From: Candidatus Spongiisociaceae bacterium | GTDB taxonomy: Bacteria; Actinomycetota; Acidimicrobiia; Spongiisociales; Spongiisociaceae | Assembly (NCBI GenBank): GCA_965262915.1 | Contig: OZ253564.1 | Coordinates: forward strand, 1,984,001-2,048,000 | Direction: 5' to 3' | DNA length: 64,000 nucleotides | Position numbers and translations under genes: made by a program | In this document: in pieces, positions 28,933-38,785 of the stretch | Layout of the letters: each line of letters starts with the position of its first letter | How positions within the stretch are numbered: the stretch's first letter is position 1 | Notes under the pieces: generated by a model | Database searches by the model: none | What the model saw: the letters and a program-made list of their open reading frames with translations, nothing else | Told to the model about the DNA's origin: nothing

Positions 28933-29327
28933 TCGCGGCCCGCGCCCGGCTTCCCGAGGCCATGAGGGCTGCGATGATCGCCCACGCGGCGGATGCTGCG
29001 CCGCGCGAGGCATGCGGTCTGGTGGCGTATGACAGGCTGGGCCGCCCCGCTCGCCTGTACCGGCTCACCAACGTGGATCCGGATCCCGCTCGCTTCGAGA
29101 TAGATCCGGCCGAGCACTTCCATGTTATCCAGGAGGCGGAGGCCGAAGGCTGGCGGGTAGGGGCTGTGTACCACTCCCATCCCCGTGGTGCGGCGGTCCC
29201 TTCGGATACCGACCTGCGGGCCGGTATCGACCGGGAGTGGATCTCGTTCATTGTCGGTCGCCGGAAGAGCCGGTGGACAGTGGTTCCGTTCGCCATGGAG
29301 GAGGAAAGCGCCCGCCCTCTCATCTAG
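28929..29327 (+). CDS. JAB/MPN (M67, Mec-like) metalloprotease
   Basis: PREACGL, YHSHP...AVPSDTD. Confidence 0.85.
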   Translation: MIAARARLPEAMRAAMIAHAADAAPREACGLVAYDRLGRPARLYRLTNVDPDPARFEIDPAEHFHVIQEAEAEGWRVGAVYHSHPRGAAVPSDTDLRAGIDREWISFIVGRRKSRWTVVPFAMEEESARPLI

Positions 29328-29379
29328 CGTTCGCACCGAAATTCGTTGACTTCGATGCTCGTTCGACGAAGATGTCCTT

Positions 29380-30303
29380 ATGCCGTCGGAACATGCTCTC
29401 GCCGCGGGTGCAGAACCCGCATCCGGTCCCGTTCGATGGTGGGAACCGGGATTGGACAGCTACCTGTCGCGTCTCGAGAGCCAGCGCGGTCTGTCCCCCA
29501 ACACCGTGGCTGCCTACCGGCGGGACCTCCGGCAGTTCTTCGGTTACGTCGACCGCAGAGGGGTGGACGGGCTGGGACGGATCGACCGGAAGGTCATCCG
29601 GGGATTTCTCGGTTCGCTCGACCGGCAGGGATACGCCCGGCGTTCCGTCGCCCGAAAGGCCTCGGCGATCCGCGCCTTTCTGACCGACTGCGTGCGGCGG
29701 GGAGATCTGGAGGTCAACCCCGCTGACGGGCTGGCCAGGCCCAAGACCCCCCGGACCCTCCCGCAGGCCCTCACCCAACGAGACGTAACCTCTCTACTCG
29801 ACTCCATCGACGGTGACGACCCGAACTCACTGCGCGACCGGGCGGTGCTGGAGACCCTCTATGCCACCGGGATGAGGGTGTCCGAGTTGGCGTCGCTCAC
29901 AGTGGACACGGTCCGCGGGAAGGACCGGCTCCTGGTCACGGGTAAGGGAGGGCACGACCGGGTCATACCTCTCGGTGTCCACGCCCGGGATGCCATCGAG
30001 CGCTACCTGCAGACCGGGCGACCGGCGCTTGCAGGGCAGCGTCCCACTACCGCTCTCTGGATAGGGGGACGGGGTGTCGAGATGAGTGCCCGGAGCCTGC
30101 GCCGGCTGGTCCGGGCGCGGGCGGGCACCTTTCCTCACGCCCTCCGCCACTCGTTTGCCACCCACCTCCTGGAGGGGGGCGCCGATCTGAGCACCGTACA
30201 GCAGTTGCTCGGGCATGTGGAGCTCGGTACAACGCAGATCTACACGTCCCTGAGCCGGCACCACCTACGCGCCACCTACGAGCGGAGCCATCCGCGCGCG
30301 TGA
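29380..30303 (+). CDS. xerC: tyrosine recombinase XerC
   Basis: R (GMRVSEL), K (GKG), HALRHS, LGH, TTQIY; conserved position upstream of rpsB. Confidence 0.8.
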   Translation: MPSEHALAAGAEPASGPVRWWEPGLDSYLSRLESQRGLSPNTVAAYRRDLRQFFGYVDRRGVDGLGRIDRKVIRGFLGSLDRQGYARRSVARKASAIRAFLTDCVRRGDLEVNPADGLARPKTPRTLPQALTQRDVTSLLDSIDGDDPNSLRDRAVLETLYATGMRVSELASLTVDTVRGKDRLLVTGKGGHDRVIPLGVHARDAIERYLQTGRPALAGQRPTTALWIGGRGVEMSARSLRRLVRARAGTFPHALRHSFATHLLEGGADLSTVQQLLGHVELGTTQIYTSLSRHHLRATYERSHPRA

Positions 30304-30456
30304 GGCTGCGGGCAATGCCGACCGATCCTCGGTTCGTTCGCGCCGGCCGGTGGTCAGGGAGCGACGTCGACCGCGGGGCCGATCGTAATCCCATCGTTCC
30401 CCGGCCGCGTAGCGTTTCCGGAGGGGCCGGCACTGGTTTATTGCGGGGCACTCACC

Positions 30457-30560
30457 TACACTCCGCCTCAATCACGCACGTTCACCGCAGCCTCCCGCGG
30501 TCGGGCCGTATGGCTCGGGGAGGTTCGGAGGCGCCCTCTGAGAACGGGTGAACGGAGGCC
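30457..30560 (+). promoter_or_regulatory. rpsB promoter -10 and structured S2 leader (t44-like)
   Basis: TACACT at 30457; stem CGTTCACC/GGTGAACG followed by GAGG. Confidence 0.5.
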
Positions 30561-30586
30561 GGAACCAAATAGAGGAGGAGGCGCAC

Positions 30587-31315
30587 TTGTCTGCGGTCAC
30601 CATGAAGCAGTTGCTTGAGGCCGGTGTCCATTTCGGTCATCAGACCCGCCGCTGGAACCCCAAGATGGCCCCGTACATATTCGGGGAGCGCAACGGGATC
30701 CATATCATCGACCTCCGCAGAACGCTGCAGGAGATCGACAAGGCCTACGAGTTCATCCGCGATCTGGTAGCGGACGGCGGCTCCGTGCTGTTCGTAGGCA
30801 CCAAGAAGCAGGCCCGGCCGGCCATCCTCGAAGCTGCGGTCACTGCCGAGATGCCCTACGTCAACTTCCGGTGGCTGGGTGGGATGCTGACCAACTTCAA
30901 GACGATCAACCAGCGGATCTTCTACATGAAGGAACTCGCCGCGATGGAACACTCGGGCGATATCGAGCAGTTGCCAAAGAAGGAGCGTCTCCGGCTCAGG
31001 CGGGAGTTCGCCGCTCTGGAGCGGACGCTGGGAGGCGTTGCCGATATGGAAAAACCCCCGGCGGCGATGTTCGTGGTCGATCTCAACGCCGAGCATATCG
31101 CGGTACGCGAGGCCTTTCGTCTCGACATTCCGGTGATCGCCCTCGTCGATTCTAACTGCAACCCAGACGATATCGACTTCGTCATACCGGGCAACGACGA
31201 TGCCATCCGGGCCGCCTCGCTCGTTGCCGGCGCCATCGCCTCCGCCTGCGTGGAAGGCAGGCAGCAGGCCCTGGCAGGGGACGAGAGCGACGCCGGGAGC
31301 GAGGCCGGCGACTAG
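30587..31315 (+). CDS. rpsB: 30S ribosomal protein S2
   Basis: [31 protein letters not shown]; TTG start after GGAGG. Confidence 0.98.
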   Translation: MSAVTMKQLLEAGVHFGHQTRRWNPKMAPYIFGERNGIHIIDLRRTLQEIDKAYEFIRDLVADGGSVLFVGTKKQARPAILEAAVTAEMPYVNFRWLGGMLTNFKTINQRIFYMKELAAMEHSGDIEQLPKKERLRLRREFAALERTLGGVADMEKPPAAMFVVDLNAEHIAVREAFRLDIPVIALVDSNCNPDDIDFVIPGNDDAIRAASLVAGAIASACVEGRQQALAGDESDAGSEAGD

Positions 31316-31353
31316 GGGAACGACCAGATGAGAGCTTCCTGAAGGACGGCGAT

Positions 31354-31974
31354 ATGGCACAGTTCACAGCCAAAGACGTGCAGACCCTCCGTCGCGCGAC
31401 AGGCGTCGGGATGATGGATTCCAAGAAGGCGCTCGTCGAGTGCGACGGCGACATGGACAAGGCCAAGGAGTGGCTGCGGGAAAAAGGCCTGGCCGACGCC
31501 AAGAAGCGGGCCGGGCGCGATGCCAACCAGGGCACGGTGGGCTACTACGTGCATCAGCCTTCCGGCTACCCCACGGTGGGCGTGATCCTTGAGTTGGCTT
31601 CGGAGACCGATTTCGTGGCGAAGAGCGGTCCCTTCCAGAAGATGGCGCGGGACCTCGCCATGCACGTGGCCGCGGCGCAGCCTCGCTGGGTGCGCCGCGA
31701 GGACGTTCCCGAGGACACGATCGGCAAGGAGAGGGAACTCATCGCCCGTGAGGCCCGCGCCTCGGGTAAGCCGGATCGCGTGGTCGAGATGATCGTGGCC
31801 GGCAAGGTGCAGTCCTACCTCGAGGAACACGTGCTTTACGAGCAGGATTTCATCCGGACCGACCAGTATGACGGTAAGGTCGGTGACATGGTGACGGAAC
31901 TGGCCGCCGCGATGGGTGAGAACATCGCGATACGCCGGTTCTCCCGGATCGCGGTAGGCGAGCGGGAGCTCTAG
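31354..31974 (+). CDS. tsf: elongation factor Ts (short form)
   Basis: LRRATGVGMMD.KKAL, ETDFVA, MHVAA. Confidence 0.97.
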   Translation: MAQFTAKDVQTLRRATGVGMMDSKKALVECDGDMDKAKEWLREKGLADAKKRAGRDANQGTVGYYVHQPSGYPTVGVILELASETDFVAKSGPFQKMARDLAMHVAAAQPRWVRREDVPEDTIGKERELIAREARASGKPDRVVEMIVAGKVQSYLEEHVLYEQDFIRTDQYDGKVGDMVTELAAAMGENIAIRRFSRIAVGEREL

Positions 31975-32688
31975 GTGCCGCCGGCCCGCCGCCGGGTGCT
32001 CCTCAAACTCTCGGGCGAGGCCTTCGCCGATCCGGAGATCGGCTACGGGATCTCTCCCGAGATGGTCCGCCGGGTAGCCGCCGAGATAGCCGAGTCGCAG
32101 GAGGCCGGATACCAGATCGGGATCGTGGTGGGCGGCGGCAACATCTTCCGCGGCGTATCGGCGGCCGCCAGGGGTATGGATCCGGCCAATGCCGATTACA
32201 TGGGCATGCTGGCCACGGTCATCAACGCGCTGGCGCTGCGCGACGCCATCGAGGCGACCGGCGTGCAGTGCCGCGTCCAGTCAGCCATCACCATGCAGCA
32301 ACTGGCCGAACCCTACATCAGGCTGCGCGCCATAGCTCACCTGGAGAAGGGCCGATCGGTGATCTTCGCCGCCGGCAGCGGCAACCCGTTCTTCACCACC
32401 GACACGGCGGCGGCCCTCCGGGCAATGGAGATGGGCGCCGAGGTGATGCTCAAGGCAAGCAAGGTGGAGGGTATCTACTCGGCCGATCCGGGGCTTGACG
32501 AGAATGCTGAGTTCCTCGAGAAGATCAGCTACATGGACTTCATTTCGTCCGGGCTCCGGGTGATGGACACGACCGCCGTCACTATGTGTATGGACCACAA
32601 GTTGCCGATCGTCGTGTTCAGCTTGCTGCATCCGGGCAACATCCGCCGTGCTGTGGCCGGCGATGTGATCGGCACCCGGATCTTCTGA
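31975..32688 (+). CDS. pyrH: UMP kinase
   Basis: [33 protein letters not shown]. Confidence 0.97.
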   Translation: MPPARRRVLLKLSGEAFADPEIGYGISPEMVRRVAAEIAESQEAGYQIGIVVGGGNIFRGVSAAARGMDPANADYMGMLATVINALALRDAIEATGVQCRVQSAITMQQLAEPYIRLRAIAHLEKGRSVIFAAGSGNPFFTTDTAAALRAMEMGAEVMLKASKVEGIYSADPGLDENAEFLEKISYMDFISSGLRVMDTTAVTMCMDHKLPIVVFSLLHPGNIRRAVAGDVIGTRIF

Positions 32689-32707
32689 CGCGTCAGAAGG
32701 ATTGACG

Positions 32708-33265
32708 ATGCTCGACGAACTCCTCGGCGAACTCCTCGACGATGCAGACGCCCGGATGGCATCGGCCGTCCGGCATACCCAGAGTGAGTTCGCCACGTTG
32801 AGGACAGGCCGCGCCAATCCCGCCATACTGTCACGGGTGATGGTCGACTACTACGGCACCCGGACCCCGCTCCAGCAGTTGGCATCGACCACCGTTCCCG
32901 ACGCGCGCATGCTAGTGGTGCATCCGTTCGATCCGGGTGTCCTGGCCCAGATCGAGCGAGGCATCAGGCTGTCGGATCTGGGGCTGAACCCGACGAACGA
33001 CGGCAAGATAATCCGGTTGGTGTTCCCTCCCCTTACCGAAGAGCGGCGCCGCGACCTCATCCGCGTGGCCCGCAACATCGCGGAGGAAGGCCGGGTAGCG
33101 ATCCGCCACATCCGGCGCGCCACCCGGGATGACATGGCGGAACTCGGCGAGTCCGAGGACAGCATCCACCGGGCTGGAAAGCAACTCCAGCAATGCACCG
33201 ACCGCTACGTTGCGAAGACGGATGAATTGTTGGCCAACAAGGAGCGTGAGCTGCTCGAGGTGTGA
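32708..33265 (+). CDS. frr: ribosome recycling factor
   Basis: LRTGRANP, LGLNPTNDG, PPLTEERRRDL. Confidence 0.97.
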   Translation: MLDELLGELLDDADARMASAVRHTQSEFATLRTGRANPAILSRVMVDYYGTRTPLQQLASTTVPDARMLVVHPFDPGVLAQIERGIRLSDLGLNPTNDGKIIRLVFPPLTEERRRDLIRVARNIAEEGRVAIRHIRRATRDDMAELGESEDSIHRAGKQLQQCTDRYVAKTDELLANKERELLEV

Positions 33266-33383
33266 GGGAGCGTGGTCCGGGAATCGACTCGGGTGGATGG
33301 CGGGCGATCGTTCCGAAGAGACACCGTCGATCCGCCCCCAGACGGTATCCTGATAGGTATTCCGGGGCGGAGAAAAGATACGT

Positions 33384-34487
33384 ATGGACGAAGAAGGTAG
33401 GCCCCCGGCGGCCGAGGAAGACGGTCCCGGCGAGCCCGGTGGCGGCGTTGTTGACGAGCCGGTAGAGATCGGCGAGTTCACCGGCCGCGACTATATACGG
33501 TCCACCACACGGGAGTACCAGGGGCTGGCCGAGTCGATTGCCAAGGCGGAAGAAGAGGCTTACGAGCAGTCGGCGGTGGTGGCCCATGTTCCGGGGCTCG
33601 GGACCGGCGTCGTCGGCTTCAAGGACATGACGGGTCGCGAAGAGGAGGATGCCGAGCAACTCGAGGAGATCGATCGGGTCCGGCGCTCGGAACTCGCTCT
33701 CCGGATCGTTACCGGGCTTGCGGTCATACTGCTGTTCTTCGGAGCGCTCTATGCGGGTGCCCTGTGGGTCACTCTGTTCCTGGCGATCCTCATCATGATC
33801 GCAATCGGCGAGTTCTATCAGGTGGTGCGAACCGCGGGCTTCGCGCCTGCGGCGTTCATCGGCCTGCTGGGAGCGATCGGCGTGATGTACACGGTATGGA
33901 CTTCCGGTCCCTTCGGGGCCGGCGGGGTTCTCGTGGCCGTGATCCTGGCTGCGGGTCTCTGGTATGTGGTGCTTCCGCGGCGCTACCCGCTGGCCAACAT
34001 CGGGGTCACCGTGCTCGGAGTTGCGTGGATCCCGGTGATGGCTTCCTTCGTGATACCGATATTCCGCTCCTCCGACCCGTGGGCCCTTACCACGGGTTTG
34101 GTGGTGTTCACCGCTCTCAATGACACTGCCGCCTTCTCCTACGGACGGGCCTTCGGGAGCCGCCGCATGGCTCCGGTCCTGTCTCCCAACAAGACGGTGG
34201 AGGGCTTCATCGGAGCCACCGTCGTCACCATCCTGGCAGGCATCATCGTCGGGAGGTTCGGTCTCCTCGAGCCTCTGACCATGGCGTCCGCCATCGCGCT
34301 GGCCGTGGTTGTCAGCGTGTTCGGTCCGATCGGCGACCTTGCCGAGTCTGTGGTGAAGAGGGTGATCGGAGTCAAGGACATGGGCAGCAGCCTTCCCGGA
34401 CACGGAGGGGTTCTCGACCGGTTGGACGCCTTCCTGTTCACCATTCCCGCTACCTACCTGGTCTACGCTTGGTTCGGATACCTGTGA
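33384..34487 (+). CDS. cdsA: phosphatidate cytidylyltransferase with acidic N-terminal extension
   Basis: SPNKTVEG, GDLAES.VKR..GVKDMG..LPGHGGVLDRLD. Confidence 0.92.
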   Translation: MDEEGRPPAAEEDGPGEPGGGVVDEPVEIGEFTGRDYIRSTTREYQGLAESIAKAEEEAYEQSAVVAHVPGLGTGVVGFKDMTGREEEDAEQLEEIDRVRRSELALRIVTGLAVILLFFGALYAGALWVTLFLAILIMIAIGEFYQVVRTAGFAPAAFIGLLGAIGVMYTVWTSGPFGAGGVLVAVILAAGLWYVVLPRRYPLANIGVTVLGVAWIPVMASFVIPIFRSSDPWALTTGLVVFTALNDTAAFSYGRAFGSRRMAPVLSPNKTVEGFIGATVVTILAGIIVGRFGLLEPLTMASAIALAVVVSVFGPIGDLAESVVKRVIGVKDMGSSLPGHGGVLDRLDAFLFTIPATYLVYAWFGYL

Positions 34488-35617
34488 GATCGGTCGTTGT
34501 CCTCGGGGCAACGGGATCCGTAGGGCGCCAGACACTCGAGGTAGCCGACCGGCTGGGTCTGGTCATAGAGGGGTTGGCCGCCCGCCGCTCGGGAGATGAA
34601 CTCGCAGGCCTGGCCGATCGTTACCCCCGCGCGGCGGTGGTGGCGGTCGAACCCGACCCGGAAGGGCACACTCGCTACCGCGACCGGTTCGGTGATCGCT
34701 ATGGCTGGGGAATGGCGGCCCTGGTCGAGTTGGCTGCACGGCCGGCGTGCACCGTGGTTAACGGGGTGGTCGGCGCGGCAGGCCTCGAGGCGTCGGTCGC
34801 CGCGCTGCAGGCCGGCAATCGCCTGGCCCTGGCCAACAAGGAAAGCCTGGTCGTGGGAGGGCCGCTGGTGATGGACGCCGCGCAGCACGGGGAGCTGATC
34901 CCGGTCGACTCGGAGCACTCGGCGCTGTTCCAGTGTTTCCAGGGCGAAGCGGTCGATGAGGTCTCCCGACTGTTGCTGACCGCTTCGGGAGGGCCGTTCC
35001 GGGGTAGGGATGCCGCCGGGCTGGCCGATGTAGGGGTCGAGGAGGCGCTCGCCCACCCCACCTGGCGAATGGGTCCCCGGATAACCATCGACTCGGCCAC
35101 CCTGGTCAACAAGGGCTTGGAGGTGATCGAGGCCCACTATCTCTTCGGACTGCCGTTCGATCTGGTGGACGTCGTGATCCATCCCCAGAGCATCGTCCAC
35201 TCCCTGCTGGAGTTCGTGGACGGATCGCTCAAGGCACATCTGGGGGCGACCGATATGCGCATTCCCATCCAGTACGCCCTTACCTACCCGGCCCGTGCCG
35301 AAGGGCCGGCGCCGCCGTTCGACCTCACCGGGTCGCCGCTCACTTTCGAGCCGGTGGACCGTGATGCGTTTCCGGCCCTGGACCTGGCATACGCGGCCGG
35401 GAGGGGAGGCGGCACCCTGCCGGCGGCATTCAACGCAGCCGACGAAGTGGCGGTCGAGGCGTTCCTACGATCGAGGATCGGTTTCCTCGACATCACCGGT
35501 GTGATATCCGAGGTACTGGAGGGCCACGAGGTGGCCGAGGTCACCTCGACCGAAGTGGTGAGCCAGGCCGATCTGGCGGCTCGCATGGCCGCCCGGGCCG
35601 CGGTGGAGCGCCGCTAG
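34484..35617 (+). CDS. dxr: 1-deoxy-D-xylulose 5-phosphate reductoisomerase
   Basis: LGATGSVG, LANKESLV, PVDSEH, HPTWRMG..ITIDSAT. Confidence 0.97.
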   Translation: MRSVVVLGATGSVGRQTLEVADRLGLVIEGLAARRSGDELAGLADRYPRAAVVAVEPDPEGHTRYRDRFGDRYGWGMAALVELAARPACTVVNGVVGAAGLEASVAALQAGNRLALANKESLVVGGPLVMDAAQHGELIPVDSEHSALFQCFQGEAVDEVSRLLLTASGGPFRGRDAAGLADVGVEEALAHPTWRMGPRITIDSATLVNKGLEVIEAHYLFGLPFDLVDVVIHPQSIVHSLLEFVDGSLKAHLGATDMRIPIQYALTYPARAEGPAPPFDLTGSPLTFEPVDRDAFPALDLAYAAGRGGGTLPAAFNAADEVAVEAFLRSRIGFLDITGVISEVLEGHEVAEVTSTEVVSQADLAARMAARAAVERR

Positions 35618-35715
35618 GAGGGTGAAAAAACCCCCTTCGCGGCCCGTCGACCGATGACACAATGCCTGTTCAGAGAAAGACGGACCGTTGCTCCCCACCG
35701 TCTTGGAGCACCCTC
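35618..35715 (-). mobile_element. ~98-bp miniature inverted-repeat element, copy 2 (reverse orientation)
   Basis: homologous to the 3619 copy; CTAG on the left contains the dxr stop, CTGG on the right. Confidence 0.65.
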
Positions 35716-35814
35716 CTGGGAGGCCTCTGTTCGGATTGAGGCCCGGCGCGGCAATACTGGGGCCTGACACGACTGCGGGAAGGTCCCAGGCGGCAAGGAG
35801 CGCGGGAGGTTCGG

Positions 35815-36924
35815 GTGCTTGGCGGGATACTGATGGTGATAGCGATCTCGGCTTTCATCATCGTTCACGAAGCTGGCCACTTCCTGGCGGCTCGGGCGAC
35901 CGGTATGAAGGCGACCGAGTTCTTTCTGGGTTTCGGTCCGCGGATCTGGTCCTTCCGCCGGGGCGAGACCGAGTTCGGTGTGAAGGCCCTTCCCCTGGGT
36001 GGCTACGTGAGAATCGCCGGGATGAACGACCGGGAGCGGGTGGACCCGGCCGACCTGGACCGAACCTACCGGGAGAAGCCGTTCTGGAAGAAGTCCGTCG
36101 TGGTCCTCTCGGGGGTCACCCTCAACATGGTGATGGCGTTCCTCCTCCTGTTCGGCCTGTTCTGGTCATCGGGGATCATCGAGTTGACCACGACCGTGGC
36201 CAGGGTCAGTTCCGAGGTGGCGGAAGGAGTCCCTTCCCCGGCCGCCGAAGCCGATCTGCGGTCCGGCGACACCTTGGTGGCGATCGACGGGATCGAGCTC
36301 GCCGACTGGGATCACGCCGTGGAGGTGATCGTGGCCCGGCCCGGCAAGTCGGTGACCATCGATCTGGTGCGGCGGGGGGAGCACCGGTCGATCATCGCCA
36401 CCCTCGGTGCGTACCACCCGGTGACCGGGGAGGCGGCCGGCTTCCTGGGGGTGTCCCCGGGTGCGAGCCGCGTTGCGGTCGGCCCGGTCCGGGCCGCCGG
36501 CCTGGCTTCCAGAGCCGAGTGGTCGATCATGACCGGCACCATCGAGGCGGTGGGGCGGATCCTGAGACCGGAGTCGTTGGTGGAGCTGGGGGGTGCGCTG
36601 GCGGGCCGGAGCGACGTGTCGGACGAGATACGACCGGTCAGCCCGATCGGCTTGGTGCAGATCGGAGCCCAGGTTTCCCGGGTGGGGATCGGGAACATCG
36701 TCTTCCTCCTGGCGGTGGTGAACGTGACGCTGGCTATTTTCAACAGCCTTCCGCTCTATCCCCTGGACGGCGGTCACTTCGCGGTGGCCCTGTACGAGAA
36801 GGTGACCCGGCGACGGGTGGACGTCCGCCGTCTCATCCCGTTGGCGGTGGCGGTGGTGATGCTGATGCTGTTCCTCGGGCTGGTGGCCGTGGTCCTCGAC
36901 ATCGTCAACCCCCTGACGCTGTGA
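35815..36924 (+). CDS. rseP: RIP metalloprotease RseP (M50, PDZ)
   Basis: HEAGH, GFGP, LPLGGYV, PDZ segment, FNSLPLYPLDGGH. Confidence 0.93.
   Translation: MLGGILMVIAISAFIIVHEAGHFLAARATGMKATEFFLGFGPRIWSFRRGETEFGVKALPLGGYVRIAGMNDRERVDPADLDRTYREKPFWKKSVVVLSGVTLNMVMAFLLLFGLFWSSGIIELTTTVARVSSEVAEGVPSPAAEADLRSGDTLVAIDGIELADWDHAVEVIVARPGKSVTIDLVRRGEHRSIIATLGAYHPVTGEAAGFLGVSPGASRVAVGPVRAAGLASRAEWSIMTGTIEAVGRILRPESLVELGGALAGRSDVSDEIRPVSPIGLVQIGAQVSRVGIGNIVFLLAVVNVTLAIFNSLPLYPLDGGHFAVALYEKVTRRRVDVRRLIPLAVAVVMLMLFLGLVAVVLDIVNPLTL
36418..36924 (+). repeat. 507-bp direct repeat, copy A (3' part of rseP)
   Basis: near-identical to 44322-44828; about five substitutions seen by eye. Confidence 0.95.
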
Positions 36925-36969
36925 TCTGAGGGGTGTCGGCGCGCCGGAGTAACCACCGGAAGACGAATA

Positions 36970-38742
36970 TCAGTTCCGACGGGCTGTTTGGAAAAGGGTG
37001 CTGACTGGGCCTTCCCCCGAGTAGGTGATGGTGAGGGTCTCGGTGGCTCGGGTCATCGCCACGTACATCAGCCGTTTCCGTTGTTCATCCGGGGCGTCGT
37101 CATCCTTCTCTCGTACCCAGATATCGTTGGCTCCGCCGACGATGACATGTCTGAACTCCAAGCCCTTGAGCAATTGCAGGGTCGCCACTCGTACCTTGCC
37201 CTCACCCGAGACCCCCCTGTCCCGACTCTTTGTCGCGTCGAAAGCGTTTGGTATCAGGTGCAGCACTTCTTCCCGCACGTTCCTCGACCCGCTCAACACG
37301 ACGATATTGTCCGCCGCAGCCCCGGCGCCCAGGAGTTCTTCCACCTTCGCGGCGATGGCTCTCGCCTCTGTTTTGAAGTCGGCGCATTCGAAAGTGACCG
37401 GTACATCGCCGATGCGGGCGCCTTCTTCGGGCATGACCAATACGTCGAGGTCGTCGGGCCGGCGGTCCTCCGGTGATTCTCGATCAAGGCCCAACAGTAT
37501 CTCCAATGCGAGACCGAGTATCTCGCGCGTATTGCGATAGTTGATTCTCAGAACGGTGGAGCGGCCCCGGGCGGTTATCTCCGGCGGGTTCCAGGTCATC
37601 CGCCGCCGGTAGACATTCTGGGCGCTGTCGAGGGCCATCACGAAGTGATCCCGCCCCGGCTTCAGCATGGCCCAGGCGAGGTCGAGTCCCGTGGTATCGA
37701 GATCCTGCGCCTCGTCGACCAGCACCATATCGAACCGCTCGGAGGCTTCCAGGGCCCGGGCCACCTCGAGAGCTTCTCGCCTCCGTCTGTCGAAGTCGGG
37801 GCGTTTCCTGTAGTTCCGGCCCGTATTCCGCTTCTCGGCGGGGAGCATTCGGTACGCCAACGAGTCGACCGTACTGACATCCACGTTCCCGGCGTCCCTC
37901 ATCTCCTGGGCCAAAGCGAGCGACAGAGCCCTGTTGAAGCAGAGCAGGAGGATGCGCCACTGCGGGAAATGGTGGGCGATGTACTTGGCGCGGTGGGTGA
38001 GGATCAGTGTCTTGCCGCTGCCTGCCACCCCTCGGATCAGCCGGTACCCGGGTCCGAGGTGTCGGGCCAGTTGCTCCTGCATGCGGTCCAGGATCCGGAT
38101 CAGTCTTTCGCTGTCGCGGTCGGGCGGTGGAAACATCGGCCCTCCCTCGGCGCCGCCGATGATGATCTCGGGATTAACTGTCGCCCGGGCGCCGGTCTCA
38201 TCCTCTTCGGTCAACGGAAGGTCCCGACCGCCGATGATCCGGTGTATTGCCGGCCGCAGGGCCTCGCGGGTGAAGTCCTCTTCGGTGAGTACGGGCAGAT
38301 CGGAGTTTTTTCGCCGGATATCCTGTCTGGGTGTTCTGGGCAGAGCCAGAGCATGCACCACAGGTAGTGCCTGGATTGAACGGTGATCCAGGCCATCACG
38401 GAGCGCCAAGGTCCGCTCCGCTATCGAGGTCCGTACCCGGCTTGGATCGATTTTCTTGCGCCGACCCCACCGGCCCCTTGTCAACAACGGCGCCTCCAAA
38501 ACAGCGACGCCGGCTTCGGGGTCGAGCATCACCAGGTATGCCTCAGAGTCGTCGCCCTCGCCGTCGGCGCGCGGCAGATCCTCGAATTGTCGTTGGAGCG
38601 CCGCGGTGTCGCCTTGACCGGTCCTCTCCAGCCATACGGTCACCTCGTCGGGGAGGAACTCACGCAGGGCCTTGGCAACCGACTGCAACCGGGCCGGGAG
38701 GTCGTTACGGCTGGGGATGTTTTTGGGTTGGAGGAAGGCCAT
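36970..38742 (-). CDS. SF1 (UvrD-like) helicase with degenerate NERD-like N-terminal domain
   Basis: GVAGSGKT, LVDEAQD, LRINYRNT, LKGLEF, LMYVAMTRA; N-terminal EAYLVMLDPEAGVAVLEAP; start ATG 38742. Confidence 0.8.
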   Translation of the reverse strand: MAFLQPKNIPSRNDLPARLQSVAKALREFLPDEVTVWLERTGQGDTAALQRQFEDLPRADGEGDDSEAYLVMLDPEAGVAVLEAPLLTRGRWGRRKKIDPSRVRTSIAERTLALRDGLDHRSIQALPVVHALALPRTPRQDIRRKNSDLPVLTEEDFTREALRPAIHRIIGGRDLPLTEEDETGARATVNPEIIIGGAEGGPMFPPPDRDSERLIRILDRMQEQLARHLGPGYRLIRGVAGSGKTLILTHRAKYIAHHFPQWRILLLCFNRALSLALAQEMRDAGNVDVSTVDSLAYRMLPAEKRNTGRNYRKRPDFDRRRREALEVARALEASERFDMVLVDEAQDLDTTGLDLAWAMLKPGRDHFVMALDSAQNVYRRRMTWNPPEITARGRSTVLRINYRNTREILGLALEILLGLDRESPEDRRPDDLDVLVMPEEGARIGDVPVTFECADFKTEARAIAAKVEELLGAGAAADNIVVLSGSRNVREEVLHLIPNAFDATKSRDRGVSGEGKVRVATLQLLKGLEFRHVIVGGANDIWVREKDDDAPDEQRKRLMYVAMTRATETLTITYSGEGPVSTLFQTARRN

Positions 38743-38785
38743 ATAGTCCGGATAACCTTGTAGGTCGGCGGCAGAGTCACCCGGA

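Noticed and set aside
29380-30303. Tyrosine recombinase as the integrase of the helicase module or IS region
   Set aside because: Size, motifs and position before rpsB fit housekeeping XerC, and it lies outside the repeats.
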